Assembly (NCBI GenBank): GCA_964016885.1
Contig: OZ024742.1
Coordinates: 314,402,001-314,466,000, forward strand
DNA length: 64,000 bases
Source: Eledone cirrhosa
Lineage: Eukaryota
Direction of reading: 5' to 3'
The number at the start of each line of letters is the position of its first letter. Positions within the stretch are counted from its first letter, which is position 1. The notes beneath the pieces were generated by a model. It searched no databases, was not told the origin of the DNA, and worked only from the letters and a program-made list of their open reading frames with translations. Positions 28,539-41,700 of the stretch are shown here, in pieces. The position numbers and the translations under genes are program-made.

Positions 28539-31201
28539 ATATATATATATATATATATATATGGGTATGTACGAAAGCATATAATCATATTATATAAGTT
28601 TATATACGGCCGATTAAATATATATATATATGTACAGATACTTGAATTCTTACATACATACATACATTCATAAATACATTCATACATACATAAATACATA
28701 CATATATGTTCACAAAGCATATTTTCCGGCGATCTTCCAGAAGCCCTCTTTAATGATACATGTCTAACAAGAATAGCCAGCGTAATCTATCCCAAGCAGA
28801 TATGGCGGCAACACATGCGTTTATGTATCTCATTAGAATAAGTTAAAGCTAAATTAAAACCCTGCTCTTGTTGCTATGGAGACGTTATAATTGTGGTGAT
28901 CAATAATATTCTCTGCAATATGTTGATAACATAAACAGAAACAATCAATCTTCATCTAGTCGTGAATACTTGTGTGTATATATGCGATAGTATGCGTGTA
29001 CGAGTGTTTATATTTATGTAAAATCAAGGAACAAATCTCTGTGTGTATTCTATAGGTTTTACACCATATTTATGTAAATACTATCTACTACATTATGCAC
29101 AATACATTATATATATTGTAGCTACCATCCATTAGTTTCACAAGCCCATAAATCTATGACAGGAAAGATACCATATTTCCCGTTCTTTCGTTCACTCAAA
29201 TGGAATGAAATGAGAGCTCACTGCGGTGGACTGACCCTCTCTTTTAGAAAGCTCTCTTGTAACTACAGTCGATTAACGCAAAGGAAATCGGGATAATCTT
29301 CTGTCTGATATACATCTAGTTTCGAGCCAAATTTTAATTTTAAATTACATTATATATACGGAGCATTCAAACATTCACTTATAATTGTGGAATAGGCACG
29401 TACTATATAGGCTTGCAGTTCAGTTCCGAAAATAGACATAATGCCACTGATCTAAGTGCATACAGTCCAAATATAGCTATAATATAATAATATAATAGCT
29501 ATTATATAGTAATAACAATGTTTTCTGATTTAGGCACACGGTCAACAATTTGGTGGGGTGGGAGTGTTCAATTAAATCGACCCCAGTGCATTACTGGTGC
29601 TTTATTTTATCGACCCCGTAAGGATGAACGGCAAAGCTAACCTCGGCCGGATTTGAACTGAGCTGCCAATCCACCGCCCTGATATAATAATGATAATAAC
29701 AACAATAACAACAATAGAGCAATACTATAATCAATAGCATAAAACAAACGACTGTTGTAGAGTTGTTTCCAAATTTTAGTAGTTTTTCTTTCCGTTCATT
29801 AGATTTTCTATTTTTTCTAGTTATTACTTATACGTACGTTTGCATAAAGAACGACATTTTCCATTAATCAGAAAATACTGAGATATACAAAATCGTTCAT
29901 TATAAGAACTTTTCCTTTGCTGCATTTTTAGTTCCCTGTAGCATCGGAAAACTGCCATATGATTCCGTAAAGAAAAGCAAAATAGAAAGTATTGGAATTG
30001 TATATCGCAATATATATATTGGATTTTGCCTTAGGTAGAATTAAGGTAAAGAATGTGTTCTCAAAGATACCTTTGTAGATGAAAGTTGAAACGTTTACAC
30101 ACATTACATGCACTATCTCGGATACTGCATTTTATCTCCAATGTTTAGTTTAAAGATGAATTCATGTTTCCTTGTATATGAGTTTTCCGTAAATATCTTA
30201 CAAAGGGTCACTGAAAACATTTTCAAATATAGGATATACGGTAATCCCTTTCATGGTGGTTTCGTAAAATACTTTTGAAGAAAGAAAAAAAACCTTACTG
30301 GAGTTTCCTAACAAAACAGAAAAGCATAGTTATCAATATATCTTATTCAAAATCCACTTAGACGACAAACGTTGTGTATATACAAGATCCATCTAGCGTG
30401 TAGCTCGTCAAATTTCTCTTCAGTGCCACGTAAATCGAATCTGTATTCGTATTAAATGTCAATGTGTATCGTTTGTAATTATTAGTAGATTTATAAAACA
30501 ACCCTCAGGTTTTACTGAAGCAACAGTAAATTTTAAATAGCGAATGAGAAACTATGTATTTTATTGTAGATTTGGGACTGAATCTAGTTAGGAATACCAC
30601 TAATTATATCGTAGTTTGAGGAGGAACGCTAACATTAATAATGCAGGTACATCAAAACTGTCACGAGTAAATGATAAACATTCTATAGATCGATCCAAGT
30701 TAGATAGAAATTTATATGAAAAAATACAAACAATCGCATGACTTTTATAATGTCAACCACACTAAACAAATTTTGTTTGTTGCTTGCATTTTTTGGAAAT
30801 TACTTTTCCTTATAGAATTATGAACATATATATTGTGCGATGGCAAACAACCGTCTAGTAAATCGATTACTTCGTAACTTATATTGCATTGTTCTGTATG
30901 AAATTTGACGTACAGTATCAGTTTAATATATTCGCCAAGATAATTGTAAAATGTGTAAAGGAAATTAAAACCCAGATAATGAAAAACATGTGTGATACAC
31001 TATGCCTCTCTGAATATCTACAACATATTGTAAAATAAACGGAAACTAATCGGAATATCTCCAACACAACTATAAACGATGAACAATTGTTTTCCTCTTT
31101 TGAGAATGTCAGCAAATATAAGACAGAGACTGAGCAAACTGCTGTGACAAGGACGGGAAAAAAAATTAAAAGGAAGAAATTATTTCAAAACTAAGGATTA
31201 A

Positions 31202-31370
31202 CCGTGGGACCACAGGGTAGATGAGAAGGAAAGTGAGAATGTTGAGAAATACCAGAGGCTGAAGAAGGAACTCAAGAAACTAAAGAGAAACAGACACATT
31301 GATGGGGTACCGAGATTGTGGTTAGGAAAAGTTTGGATGCATGGCTTGAGAAGCTAGGAATTACCATACC
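31202..31370 (+). pseudogene. Fragment of restriction-like endonuclease domain of an R4-type LINE
   Basis: PWDHRVDEKESENVEKYQRLKKELKKL ... LDAWLEKLGI. Confidence 0.55.
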
Positions 31371-31513
31371 GTAACGTTGAAAGGATAAGTCATCTTCTGT
31401 AGGGTTTGAACTCATAACGTACAAGGACTGAAGGGATATGCCACAAAGTAATCCGTACAACGCCTTCGGAGCAATAATAACCATATCAAAACTATGGTAC
31501 AGATATTTCGTAA

Positions 31514-31600
<87 letters not shown>

Positions 31601-31641
31601 CTTAAAATTACGAAATATCTGTACTATATATATATATATAT

Positions 31642-32282
31642 AATTAAGTTAAAAATGTAGATCCACATATGTATACTGAAAGACTAGTATGCATATGAAT
31701 ACACACACGTATACATATGTAGATGTACCAAGTCTTTCACTGGTCACTTTACTGTGAGTATCCAGCTATTCTGTATGTAAACACACAGACAAACCGGTTT
31801 TTAGAGTCATACTGGTTTTTGTGGAAACACCTTTCCTCTATTCTCCAGACAAGGCTATGCAAATTGGTCTGCCCACTACTAATTTTCATAGAAAAAGCAT
31901 ATAACGATATGTGCTTTTACGATTCTCCAGAAAGGCCGGTAGATAGGTAAATATTGCTGATGAGTTGTAACAACAACGAAACTAGTTCAATGTTCCTTGT
32001 CTGGCTTTCTGGAGAATAGAGGAAAGGTGTTTCCACAAAAACCAGTATGACTCTAAAAACCGGTTTGTCTGTGTGTTTACATACAGAATAGCTGGATACT
32101 CACAGTAAAGTGACCAGTGAAAGACTTGGTACATCTACATATGTATACGTGTGTGTATTCATATGCATACTAGTCTTTCAGTATACATATGTGGATCTAC
32201 ATTTTTAACTTAATTGTTTAAGCGTCAGTCATACAAAAGTGAGTTACAAACGAAACGAAATTTAATTTCGTTTCGTTATTTG

Positions 32283-32288
<6 letters not shown>
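31642..32288. mobile_element. Diverged family G copy (inverted), HHR at 31950-31994 (+)
   Basis: Homologous to 18998-20476 with the same two termini; stem II GTTGT/ACAAC versus GATGT/ACATC (compensatory). Confidence 0.85.
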
Positions 32289-32356
<68 letters not shown>

Positions 32357-32367
32357 CATATATATAC

Positions 32368-32516
<149 letters not shown>

Positions 32517-33564
32517 CTCTACGGTTCTTATATATTTGATATATATTTATCCTTATCGAGCCCTCTTTAGATTTTAGTCTTCAAATTTATTATTATTACT
32601 ATATATATATATATATATATACTCCAGAAATAGCCGTCAAAACGGCTTGAGCTCTGCCGTCGGGGTCATACTTTTTCCTATTTCCCACTCTACTACCCTA
32701 TGTATTGAGTATTCTGTGGCGTTATGGTCCATCTGGTTCTTTACAACAATTCCTTTGTTATATATATATATATATATATATTAAAATAAAAGATTCAAGT
32801 TTAGCAAAGAATCGCTTTTTCACCCCTAACGGGATCTTCTGAAAACTCATATATATATTATTATACTCTTGATTTGGCCTGAGATGAATATTTCCAGATA
32901 CCTTTTAAGCGTAACTTTCCGTATTTATTATCACTATGAAATATTGATTGTTATTCTGGTATCATATCTCTGTTTTTAGCCTAAGAAAATACCTATATGC
33001 GTGTATAAATAATACATGCATATATTTATTTTTTAAAAATCTAATTGAGTTCTTCACACGCAGGGTTAAAATTGTTGAAAAGATATATATTTTACTTTCT
33101 TATGTTTCGCGATGACCTCCCCTTTCCGCTTGATGACAGTGTGAGATTTCTCATTCTGAGACTGCTGGAATTTCAAATTTGGCGGTCATTCTGATACGGA
33201 GAAAGACTGTCGCTAACATTGGATTAGACATCGGTAAGAGAGTTTTTTTATATCGATGTTTGACGGGAATCCACTGATGATTTATAAGTGCCCACCTGCA
33301 TATATTCCTACGGGATATGTGCAGGCTTCTACATAACCTGGACACATTTTCCCAACTTGTAGAAAACTTATAATGAAACAATTGTTTGGAAAGGGAGATA
33401 TATTTTAATTATGTCTCATATAAAATAATACAACTGACTTTCCGCAAAATACATATAGTTAGCACCCAAACGTAAAATTGGGATTATACTAAGGTATATC
33501 CTAATGTTTGTTGAGTGAGATGGAAGCCAGTCAGAGTATAGCTTAAAGCTTTCTCTGTTAATGT

Positions 33565-33647
<83 letters not shown>

Positions 33648-34934
33648 TATATATACAAGTTAATATAAATTAATATATTTGATAAACACAAATACCAACA
33701 TATCCGTGTTTGTATTGTAAAAGACTAAGTTAGCTAGATTGAAAAATACTAATTATAATAATACAGTTTGCCTGTCTCGATTTAAAATAATAAATCAATA
33801 AAAACAAAGCATATTGGCAAATGGCCGTGGTGCTTGGACAAATTTAAATTTCAAAATCAAACCTGTTCCGTAGACAGGTTTAAACCTTAAAATCCAAATA
33901 AGTTTCGAAAAATGAAAAAGTGAAAAAATACCGCATTTCTACTCCTCAGCAAGCACCAGAAAAATTGGTGTTTCACTTCAAAATATTTAAAAAGACTGTT
34001 TAACGCACATGGTTTTTCACACATGGTTATCCAGTGTCTAGCTTCCGCATACTCGTGCTGCTAGAAATAAACAGCCGTTTATATGGGGCTAAATTTAGCT
34101 CTACGTAAGGAGCAGTGATACTATTAATAATGAGTTCAAAACTCAGGCAGTCCTTTACAATGAAATAGCTCAATGAAATAGCTCAATATATGCATATATA
34201 TATATACATATATACATATATACATACATATACATATTTATATATACATATATACATATATACATATATATATATACATATATATATATACATATATACA
34301 TATCTACATATATATATATATATAAGAAAATGAGTTTTTTTAAAAACCAAATCAAAACTATAGTACAGATATTTCGTAATTTTAAGATATAATATATATA
34401 TATAACCCGGTCGAGAGCTTATTCGGTTTGTGCTATTTGTGCAGTTTTTTGCATGCTATACACATACTGAATTCATTTGCCAAAATATAGGGTTATTTCC
34501 CATTGTGAGTCCCACACGTGATTTACGTGCCTCTGTGTCACTCACAAATTTGGTACAGAGCATAAAACCTGTTGATAACGTGATATTCCTTGTTCGACCA
34601 TTATACCTAAAACTTATATATTTAAGCAGACAGTATTTTGATTTAGGTGCAATAGAAACCCTGCATTTGGGTTTTAACATCAATTCCAAGGGGTCCAGGT
34701 GTGTGTTTTCTTTATCCTTTATTTTATCTTGTTTTGACTTGTTTAGCTTGATTTGCTTTTTGGCTTAGGTGGTTGACGCTTTCTTGACCACTATTTCAGT
34801 TTTGTATGGCCTCTTAACATATTGTTTAGCTCTAGTATTTTTAACTATCGAGCGCTTTCCAGTATCATATCTGATTTCTGCGTTTCGTTTCGCCTTTTCT
34901 ACCGCTGAAATGCGATTCTCGCTGAATCTATATT

Positions 34935-34998
<64 letters not shown>

Positions 34999-35001
<3 letters not shown>

Positions 35002-35140
35002 TGCTTTTGACAACAGCTGGTGAGATGCATGTAAGTAAATATTCTATTTATCTGATATTTTGTAACTAATCTTACATAGATCGATATCGAAGTAGAGTTA
35101 CGATGTATTATCATCACCTAGAAACGATCGTAAAGCAGTG
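34999..35140 (+). ncRNA. Hammerhead, U3-A8 variant with ~107-nt stem II insert (3' part also at ~617-641)
   Basis: CATTGCTT-TTGACAA-...GGTG...CACC..-GAAA-CGATCG-TA-AAGCAGTG; 8-bp stem I, palindromic stem III. Confidence 0.6.
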
Positions 35141-35392
35141 AACTATATTTCTTATGACGTGATTATTTATTTTATTGTTTTAACTTATATATATATATAA
35201 GAAAATTATTTTTTTTTAATGAAAAAGACGAGATGTACTACACGAGTGAAATTATACGGAAACGAAATCGAAAAGGCAACTTGGGTTTTTTTAAGAATAT
35301 TTATTTGTTTCCTTTACAGATATCACAGTCTTATGCTTTTCAAAAGTAAAATTGAGATGGAGGGTTTGTGGTTTTTCTCATATATATATATA

Positions 35393-35545
35393 TAGGCGGT
35401 AAGTTGGCAGAGTCGCTAGAATGTCGGATAGAATGCTTTAAGTTATTCGGCCCAGCTCTCTGAGTTCAAATCCCGCCGAGGTCAACTTTGCTTTTTATCA
35501 TTTCGGGGTCGATAGGCAAAGTACCCGTCAAGGACTGGGATCGAT
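35393..35545 (+). mobile_element. tRNA-derived SINE
   Basis: A-box-like TGGCAGAGTCG and B box GAGTTCAAATCC, followed by the family core. Confidence 0.85.
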
Positions 35546-35750
35546 TCTTACTTCATATATCTTTCTTATATCTTCTCTCTGCAAGAAATCTGCAGTACTT
35601 AGGGTTGCAGAGGGATTGGTTCCGCTAGGCTTAAAATATCCAAGAAACACTGCATGTCAATATGGCGCCACTACGACTCTGTCAAGGGTTACGGTACCAT
35701 ACATACATACATATATATATACATGTATATATATATACATGTATATATAC

Positions 35751-35790
<40 letters not shown>

Positions 35791-35792
<2 letters not shown>

Positions 35793-35983
35793 CGAAGGAA
35801 ATGTGGTAAGGTACCAGGTGGACCATAACGCACCAAAGTACTCAATACTTAGGGTAGTAGAGTGGGTAATGGGAACGAGTAGGACCCCGACGGCTGAGCT
35901 CAAGCCGTTTCGACGGCTAATTCTGGACTCAGAATTAGCCGTCAAAACGGCTTGAGCTCAGCCGTCGGGGTCCTACTCGTTCC
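35791..35983. mobile_element. Family A fold-back copy retaining the 3' half of an HHR
   Basis: On -: GCCGTC-GAAA-CGGCT tgagctc AGCCG-TC-GGGG; palindrome 35872-35983. Confidence 0.7.
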
Positions 35984-36748
35984 TATATATATATATATAA
36001 AGTTTCTCATCTAAGTAATTTTAAATAAAAGCAGTAGCAGTTCTCCGGCTTGTCCGAGTAATTTCTTAAAACACATTTTTGATAAAATATTTAAAACGAT
36101 GCTAGCTATGTCGTAGGATTGACGATCTGTTCACAATTGTGTTTTCAAGTAATTGAAAAGATGGCACATATGCATGCGCAATATATGCAAGTATATAACC
36201 TAAAATATTTACGCTTACATTTTCTTGGTAAACGTTCTTGTTTTGAAAATATAGTAATTTACGTAGCTTACTCGAATTATTTTCTATTTGACAACTTTTA
36301 TCAATATCTATTTTAGTACTTGGTTGTGAAAACGATTGGTGATATAACGCGATGTATTTTAAAGAAATGTCACTTAATCTATGAACAGATGTAAGTTTAT
36401 GTGTACCCAAATGTTAATGTTGTAGCCAGCAACTTGGAATATCTGTTTTTACATATTGCGATAATTAAACATCTATGTTGTACATAAATATGTACATAAT
36501 TTCTACACAATTTTTTTTAAAAACATGGCTAAATAAATTAACCTAGAACTTCTGGTCGGAATTGCTTTAACCTTCTGTTTCGTTATCTATTCTTAGAATA
36601 TTCTCATACAAGGAATTATGAGGTATCACGATTAAACCGCAATGCAGTATAGAATGCGTGAAAATGTGTGTAAAATTGTCAATGTAAATTTACTAAGATA
36701 TGTTCCAGTGCGTAATGATTATTTTATTTCCAAATAAATGTATATATT

Positions 36749-36800
<52 letters not shown>

Positions 36801-36807
<7 letters not shown>

Positions 36808-37440
36808 CGTACAATAAGAAAAGATTTAAAAAAAAATTTATTTTTTTTATTTTTACTTACTTAAATTTTCACTCCAACTAATTAGTTTCTGCAATGGGAT
36901 AAAGACAGTTACGTAATCTAACTGTCGAGAATTCATTGCGTCATCAGGGAGTCTATTCTCAGCTAAGTCTCCAGGCAATGCGCGGACACTGGCGGCTCAT
37001 ATAAAAATAATAATAATTCGGTAGATGGAACAGCTAGCGAGGACTGAATTCCATGCACTGAAATCCTCACTGCCTCTAGTCAAATGGCCGATTCTAAAGA
37101 ATCAATCACGTGACACAGAGGCTAGTCAGAAGGAATGGGATGGTAACATGACAGACGCCTACTAACACCCCCCCAAAAAATTTTTTTAGAAGTGGTTTTG
37201 GCAGGTTTGCTCGACAAATCAGTGATTTGGAGATAAATAAAGATAATTTAATATATCAGAAAATTTAAATCAGTAAGTAAAAATTTAAAAAAAAAATTTT
37301 TTTAAAAAGATTTTCTTATTTTACGTCTTTTATATTATTGTTCTGCATCCTCCTGCATTGAACCACCTAGGTACTATGACATAACCTGTGTATTTGCTGG
37401 CATAGGCGTGCATCTGTGCGCTTATGTTAGTTGATATATT

Positions 37441-37445
<5 letters not shown>
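36801..37445. mobile_element. Diverged family F copy, HHR at 36871-36952 (-)
   Basis: On -: ACTCC-CTGATGA-c-GCAATG..GACAGTTA/TAACTGTC..CATTGC-a-GAAA-CTAATTAG-TT-GGAGT; colinear with 17830-18853. Confidence 0.8.
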
Positions 37446-37479
<34 letters not shown>

Positions 37480-37536
37480 TAATATATATATATTATATAT
37501 ATAATATATATATATGATATATATAATATATATATA

Positions 37537-37611
<75 letters not shown>

Positions 37612-37614
<3 letters not shown>

Positions 37615-38712
37615 ATACTATTTGTAGGTTATGTATATAGTATAAACACCCACAAACAGGAAGGTCAGTAATTTCTTAATAACCTTATTACCAGTAAGGG
37701 AAATAGCTCAATGTATGAACATCAGTTGTTTTACAGAGCAGTTAAATCAATAAATTATACAATTATCAAAGTTGTGTTCAAATCATTTAATAGCTGACAA
37801 TCGTTTCTTCCAAACTCTCGATTGGAATGATCGGAGCATTATCAATGTTTGCACATATAATTCACCTCCTATTCAACTGAAGAATAATATAGATACATAT
37901 AAATTGATGTTGTGAGCAACAGTTTCGTATTTACAGGGTGGGATGGATGCGACATATATTTTACGAGAATTGTACCATAATTATACAAGCATTCAAGTTC
38001 AAATTAAAATCAAAATCAAAATTAAATCAAAATCAAAATCGAAATCAAAAGCACGGAGTGGAATACATGCAACAGTTAAAACAAGGGAATTGTCCAAATA
38101 TTAAAGAGGCATTGAGGAAGCAGTTTTGAAAAAAGGAATCGTGCGATAACAATTCATATGCAGGCGTGTGGATATTGTGACTGCGTAGGTCTTATACAGG
38201 AGAAGGAGAGAAGCCAAGCTAGTATGCATATATAGAAGAATAAATACTGTAGTTAGAGCAATTGTGTTAATGTATTAGAGTCTATTGTGGGTGTTGGATG
38301 TTTATGGTGTTCGAATTAATGTGTGTTGAGAAACATACAGTTTTTGCAGACTTTTCCATGACATATGTTGAAATAAACTTTAGTTGGTGTTTATAATGCG
38401 TGTTTAAGTTAGTCACTTCCGGAAATTAACGATTGAAAATTTAACGGTTGATCAAATATAGCCTATGAATATGAATTCATTAAGACTAATTTACAATCCA
38501 TTGCTCTAACTAACTTAAACACTCATTATAAACACCAACTAAAGTTTATTTCAACATATTTATATGTATCTATAATATTGTTCAGTTGAATAGGAGGTGA
38601 ATTATATGTGCAAATATTGATAATGCTCCGATGATTCCAAACGAGAGTTTGGAAGAAACGATTGTCAGCTATTAAATGATTTGAACACAACTTTGATAAT
38701 TGTATAATTTTT

Positions 38713-38715
<3 letters not shown>
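37612..38715. mobile_element. pseudo-LTR-only inverted insertion of a third Hydra-like PLE family; HHR 38625-38669 (+)
   Basis: Homologous to 16480-16780; GCT-CCGATGA-TTCCAAAC gaga GTTTGGAA-GAAA-CGATTG-TC-AGC. Confidence 0.8.
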
Positions 38716-38762
<47 letters not shown>

Positions 38763-38768
<6 letters not shown>

Positions 38769-41700
38769 CACATGAATCAAAGTTCTGTTCAAATCATTTA
38801 TTTGCTTACAATTGTTTCTTCCAAACCGAGGTTTGGAGTCTTCGGAGCAATTTTTAAATGATTGTTTACATACATGACCTCCTTTCCAACACAAGAAACA
38901 TCCAGAAACATATGTATATATCGATGCACAGTATAATATTTTAGCATGGCAATTTACATTCAAAATTAAAATCATATTAAAAGAAAACTAAAACAAAATT
39001 AAAGTTAAAATACAACATCGGCAGTTTACGAAGATAATGCAAGAGGATAGTTTGAAGTAGTTAGTGTATGCAATAGTTACACGTGGGGCATGCACGTGTG
39101 TCTTATTTATATAAGATTAATGTGCGGCAAAGTGTTATATGCAATACAAGCACGTTAAGCGGGTAGACAAGAGTATTATGGGGGTTGTACTGGTAAAATA
39201 TTTGTTTATGTATGATAAAGAAGCTTGTGTGCAGAGAAATATTAAAAATGAAAAACAGAATAATGTTATGTTTTCGTATGCACCACCATTTTCACAATCC
39301 AGGAAACGTAATATATAGATTATATGTCCTTCACATAATTCACGATGATTCAGTATTGGAAACTTGATGTATTAGGTTAGATTATTACAGCATGTTGTTC
39401 TTTAATTTTATAGAGCAGGTTGTTTTTGTTGCGAGAATTTACATCGTTTTATTTTCCCGAAGTATGTGTGTGATTAAGGGGAGTTAATGCGTGAGGCGAG
39501 GTAACTAGCTGATTTCTATAACTAATACTTTTATTCCAATGTACATTAAACGGTGTCCCAATTGAGTCCCTTACATATATGGTTATAAACAGTTTTTAAA
39601 TTTAAGTATTCTATCTTTAAATTACAGTCTACTTTATCAAGAAGTACTAATGGTATCCATATTAGGATGATTACCCTCTATCATAGAGTGCCACCACTGA
39701 ATATTCGACATGAAGAGTCAGATCTCCAAATCAATGATCTTTGTAAATGTAGTCTACCCACAGAACCTGGCAGGGTTTTATTAGAACTACGTCTATTTAT
39801 AACCCCTGGTAAGATCTGGGTCAGCGCATGTCTGATTGCATGGCAAAGTTAAATATCTCTATGGTAGACCAGAGAGCAATTCTCACTTACAATGTCATTA
39901 ATCTGTCTACCAAGTGATACATGTATGTATAACTCATATACCACTTGTATATAGTTCATTGTACTCAACATGTAGGTTATATAGCTCTTTTATGTTAATA
40001 AATGAATAAATTAATCTTCTATTTAACCAAAGATGGCACTCCATACACAGAATAACAATAGCACAAACAATTCAGGTTTTAAAGTTTACATTTAATTATA
40101 TAGTGGTGTAATGTAGTCTAAGTAATTGAAGGCAATCATACTAAAAGTAGATCTACATGGGGATATTTCTAGTGTAAAAGGTTCTAGATAGATGTCACTA
40201 ATTGTATTAAGATAGGGTGGAAAATTGAGTGTGGAGTTGTGGTGTAACGTGTGCCCCAAAGGTGTGTTGCTAGAAGTGGTGATGGGTTCAAGTCTGACGT
40301 TGCTATTTATTGGGTTTAAAGTTTTGGAAACGAGTGTCGGAAGCGGTGCTGGCATGAAAGCGAACACTTCTGATTTTTTATTAAGGAGGTTATGGTTTGA
40401 GAAGATAATAGTATGGGTCTCTAGTAGACAGAGGTTACAAAATTTATCAGGTGGTTTGTACGATGTCGCCTTACCTATCACTTCCCATTTAAGTGTATAA
40501 GATCTATTTTTAGTTTTTAGATAGTGTATGTAGCTAGATAGTGAAGTGGAGTTGGCTAGACTATGTTTTTTGAAAGAGTGGAGGTGCGAACTGTATCTGG
40601 TTTTGAAGCAGTTTGAAGTAGAGCCTATATAAGTTTTAGAAGAGTTGCTAGTTGTGACGGTGCATGAGTATATGATATCCTTGATTAAGCATTTTTTATC
40701 TAAAGGACAGGTTCTATTAGATCTACAGTTACAATTATTCTGGGTGTTAGTCTGCCGGATATTATGTTGTGTAGAAGTCTGGATGGTAGCTGTATGATTA
40801 TGGTTATGGGGGTTGTCGTTCCTAGCGTTATTGCTTACACTAGTGCTATTACTATTATTACTATTGTTATCAGGGTTAGTTGATATAATGTTATTTTGAA
40901 GGTTTACCGCCTGTTTTGATTTAGTTTGTTGGAAGTAAGAATTAATTTTTCTTTTATTGCTGCTAGCTATGTGGTATGCTATTTAGGCGTAGTAGAGTAG
41001 GAGATTGTAATTGTGTTTCTGTTTAAAAGGCTATGGTACTTGTGGCCAGATGGGAAGTTTTTATCTAGGAGTGAGAAGAAAGCCTTAGGTAGGTTGGGAG
41101 AGACGTTTAGATTGAAAGAAGGGTTGAAAAATGTATTATTTCCACTTCTATTTTTGTTTTTTATGTCTGATGAGTTGTTTCCTTTTATGGTACTATGGTA
41201 ACTTCTGTGGTGTGGGGTACGTTTGTTGGCATCCTTCGTATTAGTGCGTGTGTGGTTGCTATTCTTATTACTAAATTTCCTCATGGACATATTGTGCGAA
41301 ATAATGTTGTAGCTATGTGTTTTTGTAGGTAGGAACTCGATCTCTATATTATGGCCTGATCTAGCTAATGCCTGATTATAATATTGTGAGTTTTTGCTAA
41401 ATATGTTTACGTCATAGGATAGATTAGAGATTCTATTGGATACTTCCTTAGAGATAGAGTTTAATATTGATCTAGGGTGGTTAGACTTGGTATCTACGTA
41501 AATCAGTTTTTCGTTAGGTTTATGGAAACGTGCATATATCTTTGAGTCTAGGTAGAGGGTGGCGTCTAAGAAGTTAACGTGTTTAGTGTTTTTGTCTATG
41601 GTGATACTAAGGTTATAGATTTTGAATGTCTTGTGCAATAGTTTTCTAGTTCTTTATATATTGAATTTTTTATAGTCTATAAGTAGAAGTGCATCATCGC

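Noticed and set aside
33151-33381. Possible host exons (also 5158-5531, 34430-34935, 45698-45950, 49370-49612)
   Set aside because: No recognisable domain or consistent splice/frame support; cannot be excluded without RNA-seq
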